NCBI GenBank assembly: GCA_963851265.1
Contig: CAWKNZ010000008.1
Coordinates: forward strand, 96,001-160,000
DNA length: 64,000 nt
From: an uncultured Gemmatimonadales bacterium
GTDB taxonomy: Bacteria > Gemmatimonadota > Gemmatimonadetes > Gemmatimonadales > Gemmatimonadaceae
Direction: 5' to 3'
Shown in pieces: positions 8,578 to 18,884 of the stretch. Numbering within the stretch: the stretch's first letter is position 1; every line of letters begins with the position of its first letter. The position numbers and the translations under genes were made by a program. The notes beneath the pieces were generated by a model. That model had not been told where the DNA came from. It was given only the letters and a program-made list of their open reading frames with translations, and ran no database searches.

Positions 8578-11364
8578 ATGCCGGTCACCCTCCGCGCCCT
8601 CATCGGCAAGCTCAACGCCCCGACCCGCTCGACCATCGAAGCGGCGGCCGGACTCTGCCTCTCGCGCACGCACTACGACGTCGAGGTCGAGCACTTTCTG
8701 CTCAAGGCGCTCGACGCCACCGACGGCGACCTCGCGCAGATCCTGCGGCACTACGGGGTGAACCGCGCGCGGCTCGCCGACGACCTCGCGCGCGGGCTGG
8801 ACCGGCTCAAGAGCGGGAACGCACGCACGCCGGCCCTCGGCCCGCACCTCGTCCAGATGCTCGTCGAAGCCTGGACGATCGGCTCGATCGAGTTCGGGGC
8901 GCCGCAGGCGCGCATCGGGCACTGCGTGCTCGCCCTCGTCTCGCACGACGAGCTGCGCCGCATGGCCGGCGAGATCAGCCGCGAGCTGGAGAAGATCCCC
9001 GCCGACGCGCTGCGCAAGGACTTCGTCGCGGTCACCGCGCCGTCGGCCGAGGCGGCCGCGGAGCTGCGCGGCTCGGACGGCGCAGCGTTAGGCACGGGCG
9101 CGGCGGCGGACGGCGCCCCCCGCCCGCCCGCGGCCGGTGGCCGCACGCCCAACCTCGACCAGTACACCGTCGACCTCACCGCCCGCGCCCGCGCCGGCAA
9201 GCTCGACCCGGTGTTGGGCCGCGACGCGGAGGTGCGGCAGGTGGTCGACATCCTCACCCGCCGCCGCCAGAACAACCCGATCCTCGTCGGCGAGGCGGGC
9301 GTGGGCAAGACGGCCGTCGTCGAGGGCTTCGCGTGCCGCATCGCGGAGGGGGACGTGCCCGAGCCGCTCCGGCACGTCACCCTCCGCACGCTCGACCTCG
9401 CCCTGCTGCAGGCCGGCGCGGGGGTCAAGGGCGAGTTCGAGAACCGCCTCAAGGGACTCATCGAGGAGGTCAAGAACTCGCCGACGCCGGTCATCCTCTT
9501 CGTCGACGAGGCGCACACGATGATCGGCGCCGGCGGGCAGGCGGGGCAGAACGACGCCGCCAACCTGCTCAAGCCGGCCCTCGCCCGCGGCGAGCTGCGG
9601 ACGATCGCCGCGACCACGTGGGCGGAGTACAAGAAGTACTTCGAGAAGGACCCCGCGCTCTCACGCCGCTTCCAGCTGGTCAAGGTCGAGGAGCCGGGGG
9701 AGGAGCAGTGCCTCGTGATGCTGCGCGGCGTGGTCCCGGCGCTCGAGGCGCACCACCGGGTCCGCATCACCGACGACGGGCTCGACGCGGCCGTGCGCCT
9801 CTCGCACCGCTTCCTGCCCGACCGCCAGCTCCCCGACAAGGCGGTGAGCGTGCTCGACACCGCGTGCGCGCGGCTCGCGTTAGGCCAGCAGGCGACGCCG
9901 GCCTCGGTCGAGGCCGCGCGGCGCGAGCTCGACGACCTCGCCGTGCAGGCCCGTGTGCTCGGCCGCGAGGCCGCGCTCGGCGCCGACCACGGCGAGCGCC
10001 TCGGGGCGATCGCGGCGCGGCGCGCGGAGCTGGACGCGCACCTCGCCGCGCTGACCGAACGCTGGAACGCGGAGAGCGCCCTCGTCGGCAAGGTGCGCGC
10101 GCTGCGCGCCCGGATCGAGGACGGGGCGGACGACCTCCCCGCCTTACGGGCAGAGCTCGCGGCGCGGCAGACGGCGCTCGAGGCGCTCCAGGGCGAGACC
10201 CCGCTCGTGCGCGTCGCGGTCGACGCGTCGATCGTCGGCGAGGTGATCTCGGGGTGGACCGGCGTCCCCGTCGGCAAGATGCTCCGCGACCAGCTCGGCC
10301 TCATGCTGCAGCTCGAGCGCCGCCTCGGCGAGCGCATCATCGGGCAGGACCACGCGTTGGGCGCGGTCAGTCGCCGCGTGCGCACCTCGGCGGCCAAGAT
10401 CGAGGACCCCAACAAGCCCAAGGGCGTCTTCATGCTCGTCGGCCCCTCGGGCGTCGGCAAGACCGAGACGGCGCTCGCGCTGAGCGACCTGCTCTACGGC
10501 GGCGAGCAGAACCTCGTCACCGTCAACATGAGCGAGTTCCAGGAGGCGCACACCGTCTCCACGCTCAAGGGCTCGCCGCCCGGCTACGTGGGCTACGGCG
10601 AGGGCGGCGTGCTCACCGAGGCCGTCCGGCGCCGCCCGTACTCGGTGGTGCTCCTCGACGAGGTCGAGAAGGCGCACCCCGACGTGCTCGAGCTGTTCTT
10701 CCAGGTGTTCGACAAGGGCGTGCTGGAGGACGGCGAGGGGCGGCAGGTCGACTTCCGCAACACGCTCATCCTGCTCACGACCAACGCGGGCACGGACACG
10801 ATCATGAAGCTGACGGCGGACCCCGAGACCGCGCCCGCGCCCGACGCGCTCGCCGCCGCGCTCAAGCCCGAACTCGACCGCGCGTTCAAGCCGGCCTTCC
10901 TCGGCCGCATGGTCGTGGTGCCCTACCTCCCGGTGCGCGACGAGCACCTCCGGCGCATCGTCCGCCTCAAGCTCGGGCGGATCGCGCGCCGGCTGCGCGA
11001 GACGCACGCCGTCACGCTCGCCTACGACGACGCGCTCGTCGACGCCGTGGCCGCGCGCTGCACCGAGGTGGAGAGCGGCGCGCGCAACGTCGACCACATC
11101 CTGACCAACACCATGCTCCCCGAGCTGTCGCGCCTGCTGCTCGAGGCGGCCGGCGCGGGCACGCGGCCGGGTGCGTTGCGCGTCGGCGTGGACACGACCG
11201 GCGAGCTGACCTACGCGGCGGGCGACGGCGCACCGTCCGCCGGGGCGACGCCAGACGGGGCGACGAACGACCCCGCGTCCGAAGCGGCCGACGTCCGCGC
11301 GGCGGTGCGCGACCCCGGGTACTCGGTCGCGCCGCCCGAGGCCGCGCCGCTGGCGGCCCGGTGA
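8578..11364 (+). CDS. tssH: T6SS ATPase ClpV (TssH)
   Basis: Two AAA+ modules (GEAGVGKT, GPSGVGKT), RRRQNNPIL, LKGSPPGYVGYGEGGVLTEAVRR, and a ClpV-type N-terminus. Confidence 0.97.
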   Translation: MPVTLRALIGKLNAPTRSTIEAAAGLCLSRTHYDVEVEHFLLKALDATDGDLAQILRHYGVNRARLADDLARGLDRLKSGNARTPALGPHLVQMLVEAWTIGSIEFGAPQARIGHCVLALVSHDELRRMAGEISRELEKIPADALRKDFVAVTAPSAEAAAELRGSDGAALGTGAAADGAPRPPAAGGRTPNLDQYTVDLTARARAGKLDPVLGRDAEVRQVVDILTRRRQNNPILVGEAGVGKTAVVEGFACRIAEGDVPEPLRHVTLRTLDLALLQAGAGVKGEFENRLKGLIEEVKNSPTPVILFVDEAHTMIGAGGQAGQNDAANLLKPALARGELRTIAATTWAEYKKYFEKDPALSRRFQLVKVEEPGEEQCLVMLRGVVPALEAHHRVRITDDGLDAAVRLSHRFLPDRQLPDKAVSVLDTACARLALGQQATPASVEAARRELDDLAVQARVLGREAALGADHGERLGAIAARRAELDAHLAALTERWNAESALVGKVRALRARIEDGADDLPALRAELAARQTALEALQGETPLVRVAVDASIVGEVISGWTGVPVGKMLRDQLGLMLQLERRLGERIIGQDHALGAVSRRVRTSAAKIEDPNKPKGVFMLVGPSGVGKTETALALSDLLYGGEQNLVTVNMSEFQEAHTVSTLKGSPPGYVGYGEGGVLTEAVRRRPYSVVLLDEVEKAHPDVLELFFQVFDKGVLEDGEGRQVDFRNTLILLTTNAGTDTIMKLTADPETAPAPDALAAALKPELDRAFKPAFLGRMVVVPYLPVRDEHLRRIVRLKLGRIARRLRETHAVTLAYDDALVDAVAARCTEVESGARNVDHILTNTMLPELSRLLLEAAGAGTRPGALRVGVDTTGELTYAAGDGAPSAGATPDGATNDPASEAADVRAAVRDPGYSVAPPEAAPLAAR

Positions 11365-11398
11365 ACGGTCGGCGCCCGACCCGCCGGGTGCGGACCCG

Positions 11399-13360
11399 AT
11401 GAGCACCGCGGCGGGCGCGGTCGCGCAGGCGGGGCGCCCGGCCACGGCGGCGACCCCCTTAGGCGGTGACGCGCTCGTCGTGGTGCGCGTCGCCGGCACG
11501 GAAGAGCTGAGCCGCCCGTTCCTGTTCACCGTGGACTTCGTGTCGCGCGAGGGCGGCGTCGCGCCCGCGGCCCTGCTCGGCAAGCCGATGGCCCTGTCGT
11601 TCGAGCTGCCCGAGGGGGGCGCGCGGCCGGTGCACGGCCTCGTGCGCCGGTGGACGGCGCTCGGGTCCGCGGGGCCCGCCGGGCTGTTCCGCTACCGCGC
11701 GGAGCTGGTGCCGTGGGTCTGGATGCTCTCGCTCTCGAGCGACTGCCGCACCTTCGAGCGCCAGTCGCCGCTCGACGTGATCGAGGCGGTGTTCACGCAG
11801 GCGGGCTACCACGACTTCCGCCGCCGGGTCGCGTCGCCGCCGCCGGTCGCGCCCTACGTCGTGCAGTACGACGAGACCGACCTCGCCTTCGTCTCGCGCC
11901 TGCTCGAGGACGCCGGGCTGTACTACACGTTCGAGCATTCGGCGGACAAGCACACGCTCGTGCTCACCGACGCGCGCGGCGGGGCGGTGCCGGCCGGGCA
12001 GGTCGCGTCGGTGCCGATCGTCGGCCCCGAGCCGCACGGCGGGAACGCCGGCGACGTGGCGAGCGTGCCCAACGCGATCACCGGCTTCGAGCGCGACTAC
12101 GTGGTGCACGCCCGCGCCGTCGCGTTAGGCGACGCGCACCTGCTGCGCGCCGCGGACCGCGGTTCGTCGACCAGCGACCGCCCGGGTGCCGCGGGAGAAC
12201 GCTTCGCCTTCCTGGGCGACCTGGACGGCACGCCCGAGGCGGGGGTCGCTGCCGCGCGGGCGCGCCGCCGGATCGAGGCCGAGGAGGCGCTCGGGGACGT
12301 GGCGCACGGCACGTCGAGCTGCCCCGGGCTCGCGGCGGGCACGCGCGTCACCGTCACCGGCGGCCCGCACGGCGCCGCGGGCGCGGACTACCAGATCGTG
12401 CGCGTCACGCACGCGCTCGAGATCGGCGACGTGGCCGCGGGCGGCGGCCTCACGTCCAAGTACGAGAACACGTTCACCGCGATGCCGGCGGCCACGCTCT
12501 ACCGCCCCGCGAGCGTGACGCCGCGCCCCGCGGTGCGCGGCACGCAGACCGCGCTCGTCGTCGGCGCGGGGGGCGCCGGACAGATCGACGTCGACGCGCA
12601 CGGCTGCATCCTGCTGCAGTTCCCCTGGGACCGCGGCGCGGGCAAGGACGGCCGCTCGCAGCACCGCGTGCACGTGGCGTCGGTCTGGTCGGGCACGGGC
12701 TGGGGCGCGGTCCAGCTGCCGCGCCTCGGGCAGCGCGTGCTGGTCGAGTACCTCGGCGGCGACCCCGAGCGGCCGATCGTCACGGGCCGGGTGTACACGA
12801 GCGACAACGCGCACCCGTACGGCCTGCCCGGGAGTAAGACGCAGAGCGGCATCAAGACCCGGTCGGTCGGCGGCGGGGCCGACAACTGCAACGAACTGCG
12901 CTTCGAGGACAAGCAGGGCGACGAGCACGTCTACCTGCAGGCCGAGAAGGACCTGCAGGTCCACGTCAAGCACGACGAGACGCGCGAGGTGCTCAACGAC
13001 CGCACGGCCACGATCACCAACAACGAGACGCTGACCGTCAAGCAGGGCGACCGCACCGCGACCGTGGAGATGGGCAACGACGCGCTCGCGGTCAAGATGG
13101 GCAACCTCACGATCGGCGTGTCGCTCGGGAACGTCTCGATCAAGGCCGACGTCGGCAGCATCACGCTGGAGGCGTTGCAGGGGGTGACGCTCAAGTCGGG
13201 CCCGATGAGCTCGCTGCAGGTCACGCCCGCCGGGATCACGGTCAAGGGCGCGATGGTGAGCCTGGAGGGCCAGGTGACGGCGCAGATCAAGGCGCCGATG
13301 GTGCAGGCCAGCGCCGACGCCATGCTCATGGCCAAGGGCGCGATCACGATGATCGGCTGA
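11399..13360 (+). CDS. vgrG: T6SS spike protein VgrG (TssI)
   Basis: VQYDETDLAFVSRLLE, PRLGQRVLVEYLGGDPERP, NELRFED...QAEKD, followed by gp5-like C-terminal beta repeats. No effector extension. Confidence 0.95.
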   Translation: MSTAAGAVAQAGRPATAATPLGGDALVVVRVAGTEELSRPFLFTVDFVSREGGVAPAALLGKPMALSFELPEGGARPVHGLVRRWTALGSAGPAGLFRYRAELVPWVWMLSLSSDCRTFERQSPLDVIEAVFTQAGYHDFRRRVASPPPVAPYVVQYDETDLAFVSRLLEDAGLYYTFEHSADKHTLVLTDARGGAVPAGQVASVPIVGPEPHGGNAGDVASVPNAITGFERDYVVHARAVALGDAHLLRAADRGSSTSDRPGAAGERFAFLGDLDGTPEAGVAAARARRRIEAEEALGDVAHGTSSCPGLAAGTRVTVTGGPHGAAGADYQIVRVTHALEIGDVAAGGGLTSKYENTFTAMPAATLYRPASVTPRPAVRGTQTALVVGAGGAGQIDVDAHGCILLQFPWDRGAGKDGRSQHRVHVASVWSGTGWGAVQLPRLGQRVLVEYLGGDPERPIVTGRVYTSDNAHPYGLPGSKTQSGIKTRSVGGGADNCNELRFEDKQGDEHVYLQAEKDLQVHVKHDETREVLNDRTATITNNETLTVKQGDRTATVEMGNDALAVKMGNLTIGVSLGNVSIKADVGSITLEALQGVTLKSGPMSSLQVTPAGITVKGAMVSLEGQVTAQIKAPMVQASADAMLMAKGAITMIG

Positions 13361-13379
13361 GCCGGGGGAGCCCCTCCGC

Positions 13380-14063
13380 ATGCCCGCCCTCACCTGGCTC
13401 CGCGAGCGCGCCGCGCTCGACGCCGCCGTCCCCGACGCCGCCGACCCGGGGCGCCTCGCCGAGGCGCTGGTCGCGGGCGGAGAGCTGGCGGCCGCGCTCC
13501 GGCTCACGGCGTGCGCGCTCCCCCCGCGCGAGGGGGTGTGGTGGGCGCTCGTGGCGGCGCGCCGCGCGCAGCGGACGGCCGCGCGCGTGGGGGCCGCGGG
13601 CGACGCCGGCGCGCTGGCGGGCGCGGCGCGGGAGGCCGCAGCGCTCAAGGCCGCCGAGCGCTGGATCGCGGAGCCCACCGACGCGCACCGGCGCCAGGCG
13701 TGGGACGCCGCGCAGGCCGCGGGGCTCGAGACGCCGGCGGGCGGGGCGGCGGCCGCCGCGTTCTTCGCGACCGGCAGCCTCGCGCCGGCGACGAGCCCGA
13801 TGGCCGTGGCCCCCCCGCCCGGCGCGCACGCGACGCTGGCCGCCGGCGCGGTCCTGCTCGCCGCCGCGCGCACCAGCCCGGCACGTCTCGCCGAGGCCGT
13901 CGGCGAGTCCGTGGCCCAGGGCGCCGAGATCGCGCGCCGCCTGGGCGGCTGGGACGCCGCGGCGGCCGCCGCGCGCCGGCACTTCGAGGCGCAGGCCGAG
14001 GCGCACGCCGAGGCCGCGCGGCCGCCAGCCCCGCCCGGGGTGCCGGCCGCCGGGGGGGCCTGA
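13380..14063 (+). CDS. VgrG/PAAR-associated hypothetical protein (DUF6931-like)
   Basis: LPPREGVWWA ... AAERWIAEPTD..RR ... FF..GSL; conserved position between vgrG and PAAR. Confidence 0.65.
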   Translation: MPALTWLRERAALDAAVPDAADPGRLAEALVAGGELAAALRLTACALPPREGVWWALVAARRAQRTAARVGAAGDAGALAGAAREAAALKAAERWIAEPTDAHRRQAWDAAQAAGLETPAGGAAAAAFFATGSLAPATSPMAVAPPPGAHATLAAGAVLLAAARTSPARLAEAVGESVAQGAEIARRLGGWDAAAAAARRHFEAQAEAHAEAARPPAPPGVPAAGGA

Positions 14064-14065
14064 GC

Positions 14066-14359
14066 ATGGGCCTCCCCGCGGCGCGGATCACCGACATGCA
14101 CGTCTGCCCGATGATCACCGTGCTCGTGCCGCACGTCGGCGGCCCGATCGCGGTCCCGGGCGCGCCGATGGTGCTCGTCGCGGGCCTGCCCGCGGCCACG
14201 GTCACGAGCATGTGCGTCTGCGTCGGCCCACCCGACCTGATCGTGATGGGCTCGACCTCCGTGCTCATGGGCGGGATGCCCGCCGCCCGGCTCACGAGCC
14301 TGACGGCGCACGGCGGCACCGTGGTGTTCGGCGCGCCCACGGTGCTCGTCGGGCCGTAA
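14066..14359 (+). CDS. PAAR domain spike-tip protein
   Basis: MGLPAARITDMHVCP...PHVGGPI...PAAT...CVCVGPPD...PAARLTSLTAHGG. Confidence 0.92.
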   Translation: MGLPAARITDMHVCPMITVLVPHVGGPIAVPGAPMVLVAGLPAATVTSMCVCVGPPDLIVMGSTSVLMGGMPAARLTSLTAHGGTVVFGAPTVLVGP

Positions 14360-14420
14360 CCCCCGCCCCGCCCCCTTCCCCCGGCGATCGGTTCGAGCGC
14401 GTCCGCCGGTATCTCCTGGC

Positions 14421-16881
14421 ATGCGCAGCCTCACCCCGTCCACGTTCTGCCCGTCGTGCGGCTTCACCGCGGCCGCCGACGCGCGCTTCTGCCCCAACTG
14501 CGCGACGCCCGTCGTCGTGCCCGGCGGCGACCCGCTCTTCACCCGCGTGCGGACCGCGGTCGCGCACGAGTACGAGGTGCTGCGCGAGATCGGCCGCGGC
14601 GGGATGGCCGCGGTCTTCCTCGCGCGCGAGCTGAATCCGCGGCGCATGGTCGCCCTCAAGGTGATGCTCCCCGAGCTCGCCTACTCCGAGTCGATGCCGC
14701 AGCGCTTCCTCGCCGAGGCGCAGACCGCGGCGTCGCTCGAGCATCCCAACATCGTCACGGTCTTCAGCAGCGGCGAGGCCGGTGGCGTGCGCTACTTCGC
14801 GATGCGCTACATCGACGGCGCCTCGCTCGAGCAGCTGCTCCTGGTCGGCGGGCGGCTGCCGGTGCGGCTCGCCTGCTACGTGCTCGCGGAAGTCACGCGC
14901 GCGCTCGACTTCGCCCACGCCGAGGAGGTCGTGCACCGCGACGTGAAGCCCGGCAACGTCATGCTCGACCGGCGCTGGGGCCGCGCGATCGTGACCGACT
15001 TCGGCATCGCCAAGGTCGCCGACGGCGAGAACCTCACGCGCACCGGGCTGGCGATCGGCACGCCGGCCTACATGAGCCCCGAGCTCTGCAGCGGCCTTCA
15101 GCCGACCAGCGCGTCCGACCAGTACGCGCTCGGCGTCGTCGCCTACCAGCTGCTCACGGGAGCGCCGCCTTTCGTCGGCAACGCGCTGGAGGTGCAGAAC
15201 GCGCACGTGCGCGGCGCCCCGCGGCCGCTGCGCGAGGGGTGCCCCGATTGCTCGCCCGCGCTCGAGGCGGCAATCCTGCGCATGCTCGAGAAGTCGCCCG
15301 ACGCGCGCTGGCCCCGGCTCGCCGACGCGATGCCAGCCCTGCTCGCGCACGTCGGCCCCGAAGCCGAGTGCCAGGACGAGCTGCGGGCGAGGCTCGCGCG
15401 GCTCGCCCACTCGCCGGATTTCCCCGGGCAGGACCGCCGCGAGCACGAGCGGCGGTCGGGGCAGAATGGCACCGCGCCCGCCGCGACCCCGGTCGTCCTG
15501 ACACCGACCGGGACACCGGCCGGGACGCCGGCCGCGTACCCCGTCCTGACACCAGCGGCGCTGCCAGCCGCGATGCCCGCCGCGATCCCAGCGGCACCCG
15601 CCGTCGTACCCCTCCCAATCGCGATCCCCGCGGCAGCGGCCCAGCCTGTGGCCATGCCGCCTGTCGTGATCCCGCCGTTCGTGATCCCGCCGGTCGCGAT
15701 GCCGTCGGTCATGGCGACGTCCGTGATGGAGTCGCCGGTTATGGCCCCGCCGTCCACGGCCCCCGCGGTCATCCCGCCGCCCATCACCCCGGCGCCCATC
15801 ACCCCGGCGCCCATCACCGGCGCCCATCACCCCGGCGTTCATCGAGCCAGCGCCCATTGCCCCGGCGCCTCCCGCGCCGGCCACCGCGATCACGCTGCTA
15901 CCGCGCACCCTGCAGCTCGTCGCGGGCGAGACCGCGTCGCTGTGCGCAATCGCGACGACGGCCGACGGCAGTCCGGCGCGCGACGCGACGCTCACGTGGT
16001 CGGCGAGCGACGCCGGCGTGGTCACGGTCGACGCGATGGGGACGGTCTACGCGGTCGGACCGGGCTACGCCGGCGTCTGGGTGGCGGCGGGACTGGTCAG
16101 CGCGAGCGCCAGCGTGGTCGTCGTTGCTGCCGTGCCGGCGCCGGTGCCCGCCGTGGCCGGCGCGCCGCCGGCGACCGAGCCGGCCCGCGTCGCGGAGCTC
16201 GTGGAGGCCGCGCCGTTCGACGACGTCCCGGCATACGAGCACGCCGGCCGGTCGGGCGCGGGAGGTCGCCGGGTGCGCCCCGGCGTCGCACTCGCGGTGA
16301 CCACCTTCACCGCGCTGCTCCTCGGCACGACGGTCTACCGGCTGCAGAGCCACGCGCCAGTCCCACCCACGCGTGTTGCGGTCGGCGGTGCCGCCGCCCA
16401 CCAGCCCGAGGTGGCCCTCCCCCGGGACCCGGTGCCAACGCCCAACGTCGTGTCTCCCCCGACCGTTGCCACCGGCGATTCGGTCCCCAAGGCGGACAGC
16501 ACACACGTTCGCCAGCCGAAGGTGCGGACACCGAAGGACCCGCTCGCGGCCGGGCACGTCCTCATCGAGCGGCACGTCGGCGTTCCGACGCTCCACGTGG
16601 GCGAGACCATGCCGCTCGTCGCGTGGCTGGTCGACAACACCGGCCACGTGCTCGCCGACGGGGCCGTGCGCTGGTCGTCGAGTCAGCCCTCGGCGCTCGA
16701 CGTCACTGGCGGGGTCGCGCGCGCCCGGCACGCCGTCGACGAGCCGTTGATCGTGACGGCGCGCATCGGCAACAAGCGTGGGGAGTTGCGCGTGCGTGTT
16801 GTCTCGGCCTCCGCCGACGCGACCTCGGCGTCGGCTCCTCCGCCGAGCACCCCGGCGATCCCGCCGCCGGGCGCGCCGTAG
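14421..16881 (+). CDS. Ser/Thr protein kinase with N-terminal zinc ribbon, Pro-rich linker, Ig-like (Big_2) domains and a TM helix; frameshift near 15818
   Basis: CPSCG..CPNC, GRGGMA, HRDVKPGN, DFG, GTPAYMSPE. After a 2-nt-short repeat unit the reading continues in the frame of ORF 16018..16881 (TLTWSASDAGVVTVDAMGTV). Confidence 0.8.
15783..15840 (+). repeat. 15-bp tandem repeat (ITPAP); the third unit is 2 nt short
   Basis: atcaccccggcgccc x2, atcaccggcgccc, atcaccccggcgttc. Confidence 0.85.
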
Positions 16882-16903
16882 CGCCGCGCCGTAGCGCCGC
16901 GCC

Positions 16904-18775
16904 TTAGCGGTGCACCCGGCGGCGGAGGGCCGCGGCTTCGACCGCCGCGGAGTCCGCCACGGCGAGCCGCGCGGCCGTCACCGTCCTCGGCACCCGCTCT
17001 CCTTCGTCCACGGCGGACGGGTCGCCGTGGTCGAGGTGCCAGCGAATGGTCGCCGCCCGTCCCGCCACGCGCCGCGCCGCTGCCGAATCGCCGACCTGGT
17101 CCCACGCGCTCGCGATCGTGGTGAGCAGCTCGGCCTCCGCCTCGGGGCGCCCGGCAAGCGCGGCGGCCGCGCGTTCGCCGTGGGCCAGCATGCGGACGGC
17201 GAGGGAGTCCGGCCTTCCGCCGCGGAACGCGTGCGCGTCTACCAGATCTCGCACGGCCGAGCGCAGGCGCGCGGCACTCGCGACGGCGCGCTGCGTCTGG
17301 CGCGCCGCCTCTTGCTGGCGCGCGTACGCGCCGGCGGCGGCGCCCGCCAGGCCGGCGGCGACGAGCGCGACGCCGAGCGCGAGCCGGTGCCGCTGCACGG
17401 CGCGCAGCATCCGGAACGCCAGGCGCGCCCCGCTGCCTGCCGCGCGGGCCTCGACCGCCTCGCGCGCGAGCACACGCAGCACGTCGGCCCGGAGCGCGTC
17501 CGCCGTCGCATAGCGGTCACCCGGGTCGGGCGCGAGGGCACGCCGGACCACCGCGTCGAGGTCGCCGCGGAGGGCACGGCGCAGCGCGCGGGGCCGCGTG
17601 GCGCGCACGGCGGCGCGCACGGCGGCCTCGGGGTCCGCCGTCACGACCGCGGACGGCGGCACGAAGCGGGCCGCGAGCACGGTCTGCACCGCCTCGCGCC
17701 GCGTCCGGCCCCGCACCTCGTACGCGCGCCGCCCGGTGAGCAGCTCGTAGAGCATCAGGCCGAGCGCATACACGTCGCCGGCCGTGGAAGGCGGCTCGTC
17801 GCGGACCTGCTCGGGCGCGGCATATTGGGGGGTGAGCGGCCCCGGAGCGGCCGCCTCAAGCGTCCCGCCCGCGGCACCCGTGGCCGGGTCGAGCACCGCG
17901 GCGACCCCGAAATCGAGCAGCATCGGGCGCCCGTCGTCGGTGACGAGCACGTTGGACGGCTTGAGGTCCCGGTGGACGACGCGCCGGCGGTGCACGGCCT
18001 CGACCGCGCCGCACACCTCCGCGAACACGGCGAGGCGCTCGCGGACCCCGAGCCGACGACGGTCGCAGGCCTCGTCGAGGGGGAGCCCGTCCACGTACTC
18101 CATGGCGACCCAGGGCGCACCCTGCAGTGGTCCGTCGGCGATGATCCCGGCGTCCAGCAGGCGGGCGATGTTGGGGTGGGAAAAGCGCGCCATGGCTCGC
18201 CGCTCAGCGAGGAATCGGGCGCGCGCGCGCGCGCTGTGGGCGAGCGTCGCCCGCACCACCTTGAGCGCCACCGTCGCGCCGACGTCCTCGCGCTCGGCCA
18301 GGTACACGGTCCCCATCCCGCCCTGGCCGAGCAGCCGGACGATCCGGTAGACACCGACCGCATCGCCCGGCGCGAGCCGCACGGGCGCGGGGCGCGCGCG
18401 TCGCGCGCCCGACGTCAGGATGTCGGGGTCTCGCGTGCCCGCGGTGCGGTCCGTCCCGGTGTCGGCGTCGGGGACCAGGTCGGCCAGGAAGCCCACGGGC
18501 TGGCTGAGTGGCCCATCCGGGCGGACCGCGGCCGCGTCGGCCGCGAGCAACGCGAGCACGTCGCGGACGAGTTCGGGGCGGTCGGCGCACTGCGCGCGGA
18601 GCCACGAGGCGCGGTGCCGGGGCTCGCGCGCGAGCGCACCATGAAACAGGTTCTCGGTGCGTTCGAGCGCCTCGCGCTCGGCGGCCAGGTCGGCGTCGGG
18701 CTGGCGCGGCGGAGCCGCGTGCGGCCGCGCCGCGCCGGGCGCAGCGTGGTCCGGGAGGCGCGAATGGAGGCGCAT
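16904..18775 (-). CDS. Membrane Ser/Thr protein kinase (ECF-associated, PknS-like)
   Basis: N-terminal R.SWLRAQCADRPEL...V..LL typical of ECF-linked kinases; GQGGMGTVY, HRDLKPSN, DFG, TPQYAAPEQ, LRGDLDAVV; one TM segment. Confidence 0.9.
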   Translation of the reverse strand: MRLHSRLPDHAAPGAARPHAAPPRQPDADLAAEREALERTENLFHGALAREPRHRASWLRAQCADRPELVRDVLALLAADAAAVRPDGPLSQPVGFLADLVPDADTGTDRTAGTRDPDILTSGARRARPAPVRLAPGDAVGVYRIVRLLGQGGMGTVYLAEREDVGATVALKVVRATLAHSARARARFLAERRAMARFSHPNIARLLDAGIIADGPLQGAPWVAMEYVDGLPLDEACDRRRLGVRERLAVFAEVCGAVEAVHRRRVVHRDLKPSNVLVTDDGRPMLLDFGVAAVLDPATGAAGGTLEAAAPGPLTPQYAAPEQVRDEPPSTAGDVYALGLMLYELLTGRRAYEVRGRTRREAVQTVLAARFVPPSAVVTADPEAAVRAAVRATRPRALRRALRGDLDAVVRRALAPDPGDRYATADALRADVLRVLAREAVEARAAGSGARLAFRMLRAVQRHRLALGVALVAAGLAGAAAGAYARQQEAARQTQRAVASAARLRSAVRDLVDAHAFRGGRPDSLAVRMLAHGERAAAALAGRPEAEAELLTTIASAWDQVGDSAAARRVAGRAATIRWHLDHGDPSAVDEGERVPRTVTAARLAVADSAAVEAAALRRRVHR

Positions 18776-18884
18776 TGCATGGGCGATCGGTCCACGTCGC
18801 GACGGCGCCGCCGTCGCGTGGCCGACCGTCAGTTGCCACTACCGGGGGGCGCCGGCGTTCCGATCACGGGTGCGCCGGCCATGC

